NCBI GenBank assembly: GCA_030614705.1
Contig: JAUWTN010000002.1
Location: forward strand, 1-41,624
Direction: 5' to 3'
Origin: Candidatus Aenigmatarchaeota archaeon
GTDB lineage: Archaea; Aenigmatarchaeota; Aenigmatarchaeia; QMZS01
Length of the DNA: 41,624 nucleotides
Part shown: in pieces, positions 26,973 through 35,236 of the stretch
How the letters are laid out: the number at the start of each line of letters is the position of its first letter
Numbering within the stretch: the first letter of the stretch is position 1
Notes under the pieces: generated by a model
Database searches by the model: none
What the model was told of the DNA's origin: nothing
Seen by the model: only the letters and a program-made list of their open reading frames with translations
Program-made: the position numbers and the translations under genes

Positions 26973-28073
26973 TTAATCCAACATCTTCTTTACAATTTTC
27001 TCAGCATCAAATTTCTCCAAATCTTTGTATTCCTGCCCCATTCCCAAAAACAGAATTGGTTTATCGGTTTTCTGTTTTACTGAAAGCATTGCGCCTCCTT
27101 TCTCATTCACATCAACTTTTGTGAGAATTAAAGCATCAAAATCAACATCCCCGAATTTCTCAATCTGCTCTAAGATGTCGCTCCCTGTGAGTGAATCCAG
27201 CACAAGAATAGTCAGGTCAGGCTTGTTAATCCTTAAGATTTTATGCAATTCTTCCATGAGGTTCTTGTCAGAGTGCAATCTCCCCGCTGTATCTGCAAGA
27301 ACCACACCATTAACCGCCTTAGCGTGCTTTTTTGCATCAAAAACAACGGCTGCGGGGTCCCCACCATATTTGTGTTTTACTATATCAATTTTAAGATTTT
27401 CTGCATGAGCTGATAATTGCTCAATTGCCGCAGCCCTGAAAGTATCGGCCGCAGCGAACACAACCGGAATTTTCTGTTCTTTCAGCAGATAACCCAATCT
27501 CGCAATTGTGGTTGTTTTCCCTGAACCATTATACCCGAAAAACAGAACCATACAATTCCCCTGCTCTTTTATCTTATCTTTAATAAAAGTTTCAATCTTA
27601 AATTCATCCTGTTCCAATAAACTTAATAATTCATTTCTCAAAAGTTTTTTTATATTTCTTCCATCTTTATCCTTTAATTTATCAGAGATTTCTTCTGCTA
27701 CATCAAAAGAAACATTTGCTTTCACAAGTTCGAGTTTAAATTTTTCCAAATCCTTTTCAGAAATTTGTTTTGAGAAAAATCCCCTCTTTTTTGGCTTCAC
27801 AATTTCTTTGATTTCATCTTTACTTTCTGTATCTTTCCTTTCAGTTGGTTCGTTCTCTTTCTCAATTTTATCCTTAGTCTTTTTCAGTTTGGTTGTTGTT
27901 CCCTCTTTTTTGCTCTGCAAAAAAGGGGCACCGTTCGAAGAACGATTGTTCTTTTCAACAACCTTTTCCTGAGCAACTATTTCTTCTTTATCTTTCTCTG
28001 TTTCTTTATTATCAACAGGTTTCTCAAATTTCTTTACAATTCCTTTTAAACTCTTTTTTATAAATCCAAACAT
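26973..28073 (-). CDS. ftsY: Signal recognition particle receptor FtsY
   Basis: Lys/Glu-rich A domain, then the NG domain: FFGYNGSGKTTTIARL, DTAGRLH, LTKVDVNEKGG. Confidence 0.95.
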   Translation of the reverse strand: MFGFIKKSLKGIVKKFEKPVDNKETEKDKEEIVAQEKVVEKNNRSSNGAPFLQSKKEGTTTKLKKTKDKIEKENEPTERKDTESKDEIKEIVKPKKRGFFSKQISEKDLEKFKLELVKANVSFDVAEEISDKLKDKDGRNIKKLLRNELLSLLEQDEFKIETFIKDKIKEQGNCMVLFFGYNGSGKTTTIARLGYLLKEQKIPVVFAAADTFRAAAIEQLSAHAENLKIDIVKHKYGGDPAAVVFDAKKHAKAVNGVVLADTAGRLHSDKNLMEELHKILRINKPDLTILVLDSLTGSDILEQIEKFGDVDFDALILTKVDVNEKGGAMLSVKQKTDKPILFLGMGQEYKDLEKFDAEKIVKKMLD

Positions 28074-28075
28074 AA

Positions 28076-28417
28076 TTACTGATAAATTGGAAGGAGAGAT
28101 TTAGGGTTCATATACCGATCTATCCTAATGCCGTCCTCAGGGAAACTATCAATCAATAATTCCATATCAATTCCCTTAAATTTAAGAGTTTCTGTTTCTT
28201 CATCAAGCGTTAGTTTTAAGAATAGGTTTTCTCTAACTTCTTCCAAAGAAGGTATTAACAAACCCCTGATGCCGCTATTAACCAGAATCTTATAAATATC
28301 CCCATTTGGCAAGTTTAATTCAGGGAACATATTTCGATCTCTTATGCCCTGCACAACGCCTGCGCTTAAATTCAGTTCTTTTGAATATTTATCCAGCCTG
28401 TCAATAAAATCTACCAT
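28076..28417 (-). CDS. Hypothetical protein (113 aa)
   Basis: ORF packed 2 nt from both neighbours. Confidence 0.6.
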   Translation of the reverse strand: MVDFIDRLDKYSKELNLSAGVVQGIRDRNMFPELNLPNGDIYKILVNSGIRGLLIPSLEEVRENLFLKLTLDEETETLKFKGIDMELLIDSFPEDGIRIDRYMNPKSLLPIYQ

Positions 28418-28419
28418 AA

Positions 28420-28656
28420 TTAAGTTTCTAAAAGTTTTAAATCTTCGGAAATTTCAAGAAAAGCCCATGCCCAGATAACTGCTTCAAATGCTCTCACAAA
28501 ATCCCCTTTTTCAGTGAAATGTTTGGAATCGCTGATATATGCCTCAATATTTTTTTTGAATTCCTCGCCCTTTTCAGTTTTGGCAGTTAGTTTTTTCTCG
28601 TTTATTTTACTGAGCCATTTTTCTGTTTCCTTTTTTAGTTCTTCTTTTGTTTCCAT
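28420..28656 (-). CDS. Small helical protein, DUF357-like
   Basis: IEAYISDSKHFTEKGDFVRAFEAVIWAWAFLE resembles the archaeal DUF357 pattern (..D..yf...GD...A......a.g.l.). Confidence 0.55.
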   Translation of the reverse strand: METKEELKKETEKWLSKINEKKLTAKTEKGEEFKKNIEAYISDSKHFTEKGDFVRAFEAVIWAWAFLEISEDLKLLET

Positions 28657-28726
28657 AATATTGATTTGAATTAAACAGAAGTTTGTTTAAGTCCTTGTTA
28701 ATTTCATTATTAGAAATTATCCAAAT

Positions 28727-30958
28727 ATGCTTAAAATCTCTAATTGTATAATGGAATTGGATTATATTTTAGTATTAAAAGCATTGGAAGAAATACCATT
28801 CGGAGTTGGCAAAAAACTCTTAATTGATTTTTTGCAGGGAGAAGAAAATAATGAATCAATCAGAAGGAATCATCTAAATCAGGGCGAGCTTTTTGGAAAA
28901 TTAAACTGCAGTAAAGAAAAATTAACATCAATAATAGATAATTTAATTCTGAACAATATGATAAACCTGACATCAATCAAAGGCAACAAATTCTGGAAAG
29001 TAATGGAGCTAAGTGAAAAAGGGAAAATAGAAATTGATAATCCGAGTTTGTATAAAAGAAAATTATCTTATGGATTTAAAGAAACAAAAACCGCAATCAC
29101 GGACAAAGAGAAAACCCTTTTTAAAGCATTGCCTTTCCTTGACAAATTTAATGATGAACAGAAAAAATCAATTATCTGCAAAAATTCAAAAATCTTATGC
29201 ATTGCCGGGGCGGGTTCAGGAAAGACTACTGTGTTAACAGAAAGAATAAATTTTCTGGTAAACTATTGCTCACAGGACCCAATGAAAATCCTGGCAATAA
29301 CATTCACAAAAAAGGCTAAACAGGAAATGCTTTCCAGAATTTCCAATGACCTAATATCTATTGAAACCTTCAACTCTTTTTGCGAGAAGAATCTCAGGCA
29401 ACATAACAATCTAATATATAACAAACCTGTTAAAGTAATCAATTATCGCGACAAAATATTAATTCTCAGAAAAGCATTGTCCTCTTTAAAAATATCCATG
29501 GATCAAGCTATAAACACATATTTTTCAGAGGCTCAAAAAAGAGGGAAACCTGAAGAAAAATTGGCAAATATATTCTTAAATGATGTCTTCTTTTTAAGGG
29601 ATTATTTTAAATTTAAAAATCTGCCAATTAAAATTGAATCTTTTGAAACCACCACAGAACACGAAAAAAGCTTAAAAATGGTCCTAAAAATATGCAACTA
29701 TATTGAAAATTATATGGGAAAGCATGGGTATCGAGACTTTGCGGACCAGTTAATTGACACACTTTCCCTGTTTAAAAAACACCCTGAATTAATCCCAAAA
29801 TTTGACCATATCTTGGTTGATGAATATCAGGACGTAAACTCAACACAAATAGAATTAATAGACCAAATTTCCGCAGTTAACCTATTCTGCGTTGGGGACC
29901 CGCGACAATCCATTTACGGTTGGAGAGGTTCAGATATAAGATACCTCATCAACTTTGAAGAAAAATATCCCCAATGCGAAATTATAACTTTAACAAAAAA
30001 TTATCGTTCAACAGAACACATAGTTAAACTCATAAACAATTCCATAAAAAATATGGGTCTAGCTGACCTTAAATCAAACATGAAAGGAAAAAAAGATATT
30101 CAATTATTAAAATTTTCTTCCCAGACCAATGAACTTGAATTTGTCATTGAAAAAATAAAGTCTTCCAAACTGCCAAGAAATGAGATTTTTGTTTTGGCAA
30201 GAACAAATAAATTATTAAATGATATCTCGGAGTTGATGAAACAAAAAAAGATTGGACATGTTGTCAAAAGCGATGAAACCAGAAAAACGGTTTTGGCTCT
30301 TGAAGATGAAGTAACTCTGGCAACAATTCATTCAATAAAAGGAATGGAAGCGGAAATGGTATTTGTAATAGGTTGCACCCCAAATAATTTTCCGTGTAAA
30401 GGTTCAGAACATCCTGTAATAGATTTAGTTAAAATTGAAGAATATGATAAAGAAGAGGAAGAAAAGCGACTCTTTTATGTTGCAATGAGTCGGGCAAAAC
30501 AAACCTTATATTTGACCCACACAAAAACGCATACTTATTTTCTCACAGACTGGATGCTTAATTTCATTAGTGAAAAAGATTTCCAGCAAAAACCAACTTT
30601 AAAATTAAATCAAACAATTAAACCTCTAACAAAATTAAGCCAATCAAAAAGTAAATTAACAAAGCCAAGTAAATCAAATAAAATTCCAACAAAACTAAAT
30701 ACCTTAAACAATTCAAAAGGTAATTTGACAAATTCAAACCAATCAAATGAAACTTTAATCAAATTGAAGAACTGGCGAAAGGAGATTAGCAAACAATCTG
30801 AAATTCCCGCTTATTGCGTAATGCATGACACCACATTAATGGAAATATTAACAAAAATGCCAAATAGTTCATCAGAACTGCAGGATATCCGCGGTCTGGG
30901 TCCTGCCAAAATAACTAAATACGGGGACCAGATATTGGAGATTATTAAAGAGAATTAA
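28727..30958 (+). CDS. UvrD/Rep/PcrA-type SF1 DNA helicase flanked by an RQC-like winged helix (N-terminal) and an HRDC domain (C-terminal)
   Basis: Walker A AGAGSGKTTVL, ILVDEYQDVN, GDPRQSIYGWRG, LTKNYRS, TIHSIKGMEAEMVF, RLFYVAMSRAKQTLYL. N-terminal EEIPFGVGKKLLIDFLQGEENNESIR...ELFGKL is RecQ RQC-like. C-terminal LKNWRKEISKQSEIPAYCVMHDTTLMEIL...LQDIRGLGPAKITKYG is HRDC-like. Confidence 0.9.
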   Translation: MLKISNCIMELDYILVLKALEEIPFGVGKKLLIDFLQGEENNESIRRNHLNQGELFGKLNCSKEKLTSIIDNLILNNMINLTSIKGNKFWKVMELSEKGKIEIDNPSLYKRKLSYGFKETKTAITDKEKTLFKALPFLDKFNDEQKKSIICKNSKILCIAGAGSGKTTVLTERINFLVNYCSQDPMKILAITFTKKAKQEMLSRISNDLISIETFNSFCEKNLRQHNNLIYNKPVKVINYRDKILILRKALSSLKISMDQAINTYFSEAQKRGKPEEKLANIFLNDVFFLRDYFKFKNLPIKIESFETTTEHEKSLKMVLKICNYIENYMGKHGYRDFADQLIDTLSLFKKHPELIPKFDHILVDEYQDVNSTQIELIDQISAVNLFCVGDPRQSIYGWRGSDIRYLINFEEKYPQCEIITLTKNYRSTEHIVKLINNSIKNMGLADLKSNMKGKKDIQLLKFSSQTNELEFVIEKIKSSKLPRNEIFVLARTNKLLNDISELMKQKKIGHVVKSDETRKTVLALEDEVTLATIHSIKGMEAEMVFVIGCTPNNFPCKGSEHPVIDLVKIEEYDKEEEEKRLFYVAMSRAKQTLYLTHTKTHTYFLTDWMLNFISEKDFQQKPTLKLNQTIKPLTKLSQSKSKLTKPSKSNKIPTKLNTLNNSKGNLTNSNQSNETLIKLKNWRKEISKQSEIPAYCVMHDTTLMEILTKMPNSSSELQDIRGLGPAKITKYGDQILEIIKEN

Positions 30959-30963
30959 TACGG

Positions 30964-31518
30964 TTATTCCAAAAGCAACATTGCAGCTTCATATTTTGGT
31001 TTAATTACTACCTTTGCTCTTAGGGTTAATTTTTTCCACGACCTTTGTAGTTTTTCTTTAACAAAAGTTTTTGATTCATTTGTTTCTAATTTCCTTGTAA
31101 CCAATGCCAAATTAAACAAACTCGCAATATTGTCAAAGTGAGACATTGCGTCCGCATCAGAAATACATTCCGCTTCTATTGTTTCGCGTTTAATATCTTT
31201 GCTTCCTCTATGAGCCAAAATGCAATGCTTAATCTGTTCAATCCTGTCTTTTGGATAATTATATTCGGTTAATAGTTTCTCAGCATGCTCTGCCCCTGAG
31301 ATATGGTGATTTTTATAATCCCCTAAAATACTTCCTATATCATGCAACCAGGCTGCGATTTCCACAATTTCCATATCCGCGTTGGTTTCTTTTGCTAACT
31401 GTTTTGCATATTTCACCATGCTAACAAAATGGTAATTATAAGCGGCTATCCCAAAAAAATTAGTTTCCTTTCCGCATTCATTTTTTACATACTCCCTTAT
31501 TTCCTCAACTAAATCCAT
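30964..31518 (-). CDS. HD-domain metal-dependent phosphohydrolase
   Basis: 184 aa with AAWLHDIGS (HD motif), downstream HxxGA, and ILAHRG. Confidence 0.8.
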   Translation of the reverse strand: MDLVEEIREYVKNECGKETNFFGIAAYNYHFVSMVKYAKQLAKETNADMEIVEIAAWLHDIGSILGDYKNHHISGAEHAEKLLTEYNYPKDRIEQIKHCILAHRGSKDIKRETIEAECISDADAMSHFDNIASLFNLALVTRKLETNESKTFVKEKLQRSWKKLTLRAKVVIKPKYEAAMLLLE

Positions 31519-31635
31519 AATTATATTAATCTGGATTTATATGCTGGAAATCTAGTTTCCAGTGATTTTTCTAAGATATTTTTCCATCCATTTAATAATA
31601 TCAGGAACTTCTCTTAAAAACTTTATATCATCAAA

Positions 31636-32151
31636 TTATTTATAAATCCTCTCAACCAAAACTGAACCGCATGCATTTTTGATAAGATTGCATTTTTCAA
31701 AATCACTTCTCTTTTTAAAATCAGAACTTCCTTCACCCCAGGTTTTTATCATACCCTCTATCCCCGGAGTCATGCAATCGCAAACAAGATAATTTACCAG
31801 CTCCAAATCTTTCTCAGAAATGTCCAGTTTAGTCCAGGGGTTTCTTGGATTTGAAGGATTATTTTCAGTGCAGGTTAAAAACCAGTTTGCGCATTCTCTT
31901 TCAAGTTCATCATAAACAAAAACCGTTTGCACCTCATTTAGAAAATTTTCATAGATTTTAATATATTTTCCTGAAACCACATCCATCAATTCTTCTCCGC
32001 CCCACACAAGAGGATTTCCCATCTTTTCATAAGTTCCTTCTTTGCTTGTAAAATTTGTGAATAAAGCAAGACTTTGCACCATCATAAAAAGCAAGATTAC
32101 AACAAGAATTGTTACCAACACCGGCGCCTTTCCTTCATCTCCTTTCATCAT
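31636..32151 (-). CDS. Membrane-anchored/secreted Cys-containing protein (171 aa), last gene of the surface operon
   Basis: MMKGDEGKAPVLVTILVVILLFMMVQSLALF anchor. 7 Cys in the outside part. ATGA overlap with the upstream gene. Confidence 0.7.
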   Translation of the reverse strand: MMKGDEGKAPVLVTILVVILLFMMVQSLALFTNFTSKEGTYEKMGNPLVWGGEELMDVVSGKYIKIYENFLNEVQTVFVYDELERECANWFLTCTENNPSNPRNPWTKLDISEKDLELVNYLVCDCMTPGIEGMIKTWGEGSSDFKKRSDFEKCNLIKNACGSVLVERIYK

Positions 32152-32423
32152 TTACACAAAAGCTGAGAAGAACCAAGATTTTTGCATTCCTGTTTGCAAC
32201 CGCTTACAGTAGCACAATTAAATCCTTTTTTGATATCCTGGGGGACTGGCTCCTCGCAATCCCACATATCGCAGGAAGTTCTTAAAGTAGAATTTCCTTT
32301 GAAAGGTTCTACAAATCCGAGTTGAGTTCCCATAATAAAAAAGGCCACAACACCTAAACAGATTGCCAAAAGTATAATTTCCAACAAATATTTATTTTCC
32401 AAACCTTTATACAACTCGCCCAT
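32148..32423 (-). CDS. Membrane-anchored small Cys-rich protein (91 aa)
   Basis: TM helix LLEIILLAICLGVVAFFIMG followed by 7 Cys in 45 aa. Confidence 0.65.
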   Translation of the reverse strand: MGELYKGLENKYLLEIILLAICLGVVAFFIMGTQLGFVEPFKGNSTLRTSCDMWDCEEPVPQDIKKGFNCATVSGCKQECKNLGSSQLLCK

Positions 32424-32426
32424 AAT

Positions 32427-32591
32427 TTAAGACATTATTGGTATAAATATTGACAAAGCGCTTGCTAATGATGCTTTAAGCGAGTCCACAATTGGCATAA
32501 AACCCCCTGTGAGCAAAAGAAAAAATACAGTTAATATTACTAAAAACGCAAATACCCAAAATACAGGTCTTACAGGAATATCACCTCTCAT
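32427..32591 (-). CDS. 54-aa membrane micro-protein (MRGDIPVRPVFWVFAFLVILTVFFLLLTGGFMPIVDSLKASLASALSIFIPIMS)
   Basis: Own translation. It starts 2 nt after the stop of the vWA gene and ends 3 nt before the next ATG. Below the ORF-track cut-off. Confidence 0.5.
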   Translation of the reverse strand: MRGDIPVRPVFWVFAFLVILTVFFLLLTGGFMPIVDSLKASLASALSIFIPIMS

Positions 32592-32593
32592 AA

Positions 32594-35011
32594 TTAATAC
32601 AAATCCTTTATTTCTTCGAGCATTGGATTTAATTCAAAGGTCTTGTTATATGTTTCGTCCGAAGTGCATATTTTATTCCAGTCCCCGCCGCAAGGATAAG
32701 ACCATTTATTCCATGAAGAAGTGTCACCTCTCCAGTCAACAATATAAACCAAATTTGAAAAAACTTCTTCATAAATTTCCCTCCATACATAAGGGATGTC
32801 TGCTGGAAGAGTGTTTTTAAGGAGATTAATATAAGTATCATAACCAAGTTCAAATTCTTCATCTTTTTTAATTGCCCCAGCAATTAAAGTTATAAGACTC
32901 AAAGTATCTCCAGTATCAAAAAAGGCTGCTGTTCCTTTTGTTGGCTCAGAAATATCTCTAAATAATTGTTTTAAACCTGATTCTATATCTGAAGTCCCAC
33001 TCTTACCCCACAAACCAAAAATTGTTATTTCATGATCATTTGCTGCATCAACTGCTGAGTTAACAGATTCCCTATCCGCTTCTTCAGTCCAGGGATCACC
33101 ATCAGAAGGTCCTTCATCTCCAATAACAAATAAAATTCTTGATAAAGCATTAGCTCTCCAGGGATGATTTTCAATTGCCCATACTGCGCCATTTCCCCAA
33201 CTCTCATCATCAACAGGAATAAAATCATCTGCGCAATAATTAGTCCCGCTACAGGTTTCTTTCCCTAAACCGTAGATAGTTATTTCAACTTTATAATCTT
33301 CTTTCTCAACATCAGCAACAATATCATCTATAACACCGCACAATTTAGCCCATTCATTTGATCCCTGCTGGCACATACTTCCGCTTGTATCAATAACAAA
33401 AACCAAATCAACATTCTTGCCAAATTCCACATATTCTGGTTTATCATAAATTCTTGAAGCCCATTCGCATCCATTAATGCACTTATTAGCTTTTTCCGTG
33501 TCTTTATAATAACCATCTCTTGAGATGCAAAAATTCCTGCAATTTACAAATGTATTTTCAGTTTCTCTCATTTCTTCTGTTACACATTCACAAGACTTTT
33601 CACAATTCTTTCTAACCACATAACCCAAAGTCCATTTCTCTGTCCAAGGTAAACGTGTTAAAGGGTCATCTTTAGTCTCACACAAATTTTTCACTTCCAG
33701 TTTAGATATACAAACACCTTTCCAGCAAATCTCAAGTGTTGATTCACCTTCGCAAACACTTTCCCAGCAATTGTAATAACAATTGAAATGATTTGGATTA
33801 TAACAATTATCCCCGGGGTGCTGTTCTCTGGTTGTTATTTTTGAAACCACCCACGCAGGACCTCTATAATCTCCCCCAGTCCATTTCAAATCACCTATCT
33901 TAAAATTATTGTATTCCGAGGAATTTATCTGAAAAACTGATTTTTCAAAATAAGTAAAATTCTCGCATCCTATCTTTACATCTCCCAATAAACCTTCGCA
34001 GAAATTATTTATTAAATTATATTCTTCGATTGAAACGCAATCATCGCATAAACATTCCTGTGAACATATATCAGCATCGCCTGTTCTCTCATAACATTTT
34101 CTATAACATTCTCTTTCGTCTCCAATCCTGCAACCATCCACGCAATTTGCTTCATCTCCGTTAAAATCAACATTACAATAATTCTCGCATATTGTCAAAG
34201 TAGTCTCATTATAATATTTTTCATTTGTATAGCAATCGCATTTTATTCTGCATTCAATTTCTGAATTTGAGGATCTGCAATCGCTGTAACAATCCCAATT
34301 TTCTCCAAAGTAACAACTCTTATCCGTTCCGGCAAATTCTGAAATCCTGTTTGGATCATTGTTTGGGTCGTCGCCCACAGTTCCTTTGTAAAGAGCCGCA
34401 GTAACTTTCTCAACAGTCCTGTCTCCTCTCAATTTCATCCCCCCATAAACTGAAAGTTTTGGTTCTTCCCCAGACATCACAACAAAGACTGAAGGCTGTC
34501 CTTTAATTCCTGTAAAATTTTGCTGTTCTAAATCTTTTCCTATTGCGCTCACAGGTTCGTACACGGTTCCAAAATCAAGACTTCTTCTCATCGAAAGCAT
34601 ACCTTCTTCTTCCCAACCGGGAAAATCATCTTTCATGCACAAACATCCTTTCCTGTCGCAATCAATGCAATAACCATCTAGCTTAATCCCATTCTTCAAA
34701 TTATCTTTAATAAGTGTATTCCAAAAACCCGGGTCTATATAGATATTAGTTCCTATTTCAAGGAAAGCATTTCTTAAATCTTCATCACCAAGAACATTAT
34801 TATAAACAGATTCTGCTTCTGAATCAGGAGGAATAAAACAACCAATAGGAATTCTGTCAGATAAAATTATATCAGTTCTCTCCCTCACATCATCAAATAA
34901 AAGCATATCAGTAGATTGTTTCATGATTACACTCCAAAAAGAAATCCCAACAACCAAAGTAATACTAACGCAAACAAGAGAAACCAAAATTAAAAAAGAA
35001 CTCCGGTTCAT
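32594..35011 (-). CDS. Large secreted/anchored Cys-rich protein with a von Willebrand factor A domain (805 aa)
   Basis: N-terminal anchor FLILVSLVCVSITLVVGISFW. About 44 Cys by my count, in CxxxC / CxC-rich stretches. The MIDAS motif VDLVFVIDTSGSMC is encoded near 33378-33392, followed by ILFVIGDEGPSDG. Confidence 0.85.
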   Translation of the reverse strand: MNRSSFLILVSLVCVSITLVVGISFWSVIMKQSTDMLLFDDVRERTDIILSDRIPIGCFIPPDSEAESVYNNVLGDEDLRNAFLEIGTNIYIDPGFWNTLIKDNLKNGIKLDGYCIDCDRKGCLCMKDDFPGWEEEGMLSMRRSLDFGTVYEPVSAIGKDLEQQNFTGIKGQPSVFVVMSGEEPKLSVYGGMKLRGDRTVEKVTAALYKGTVGDDPNNDPNRISEFAGTDKSCYFGENWDCYSDCRSSNSEIECRIKCDCYTNEKYYNETTLTICENYCNVDFNGDEANCVDGCRIGDERECYRKCYERTGDADICSQECLCDDCVSIEEYNLINNFCEGLLGDVKIGCENFTYFEKSVFQINSSEYNNFKIGDLKWTGGDYRGPAWVVSKITTREQHPGDNCYNPNHFNCYYNCWESVCEGESTLEICWKGVCISKLEVKNLCETKDDPLTRLPWTEKWTLGYVVRKNCEKSCECVTEEMRETENTFVNCRNFCISRDGYYKDTEKANKCINGCEWASRIYDKPEYVEFGKNVDLVFVIDTSGSMCQQGSNEWAKLCGVIDDIVADVEKEDYKVEITIYGLGKETCSGTNYCADDFIPVDDESWGNGAVWAIENHPWRANALSRILFVIGDEGPSDGDPWTEEADRESVNSAVDAANDHEITIFGLWGKSGTSDIESGLKQLFRDISEPTKGTAAFFDTGDTLSLITLIAGAIKKDEEFELGYDTYINLLKNTLPADIPYVWREIYEEVFSNLVYIVDWRGDTSSWNKWSYPCGGDWNKICTSDETYNKTFELNPMLEEIKDLY

Positions 35012-35178
35012 GATATTGCGGGGGTTAACAAAGCCCCTCTGGTGAAATTAATAATTATGGAAGCAATATTATATAAAAAATCAACATTTAATTTCCCTGA
35101 AAACAACAAAAATATCACGACTGCAGTCATTGCAATAAATAAAATCCCAACCAATTGATTCGTAGTAAGGTTATCCAT
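35008..35178 (-). CDS. 56-aa membrane micro-protein (MDNLTTNQLVGILFIAMTAVVIFLLFSGKLNVDFLYNIASIIINFTRGALLTPAIS)
   Basis: Own translation. Its TGA overlaps the ATG of the vWA gene (ATGA). Confidence 0.5.
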   Translation of the reverse strand: MDNLTTNQLVGILFIAMTAVVIFLLFSGKLNVDFLYNIASIIINFTRGALLTPAIS

Positions 35179-35236
35179 AATTTACTTTAGTTAATGTAAT
35201 AATAGCAAATTAATCAAAAATTAAGGCAATGATAAC

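Noticed and set aside
27025-27972. Plus-strand ORFs 27025-27408 and 27508-27972 inside ftsY.
   Set aside because: They are antisense to FtsY, and the Ser/Phe/Leu-rich sequences mirror the Lys/Glu-rich A domain.
30590-30770. Repetitive-looking AAA/TCAAA-rich DNA that could be mistaken for a short tandem-repeat or CRISPR-like array.
   Set aside because: It lies in frame inside the helicase gene and encodes a Lys/Ser/Asn/Thr low-complexity linker. It has no regular repeat-spacer periodicity.
31544-31562. Inverted repeat CTGGAAA-TCTAG-TTTCCAG between the end of the surface operon and the HD-domain gene start.
   Set aside because: I considered it as a terminator or operator. It is a single copy with no following T-tract, and the adjacent ATATAAAT is only ~20 nt from the HD-gene ATG. 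The evidence is too thin to call, but it is worth including in any motif search.
32509-33516. ORFs 32509-32820(+), 32629-32883(-), 33025-33228(-) and 33328-33516(-).
   Set aside because: All are embedded in, or out of frame with, the 805-aa vWA gene or the 54-aa micro-ORF, and no independent signals support them.
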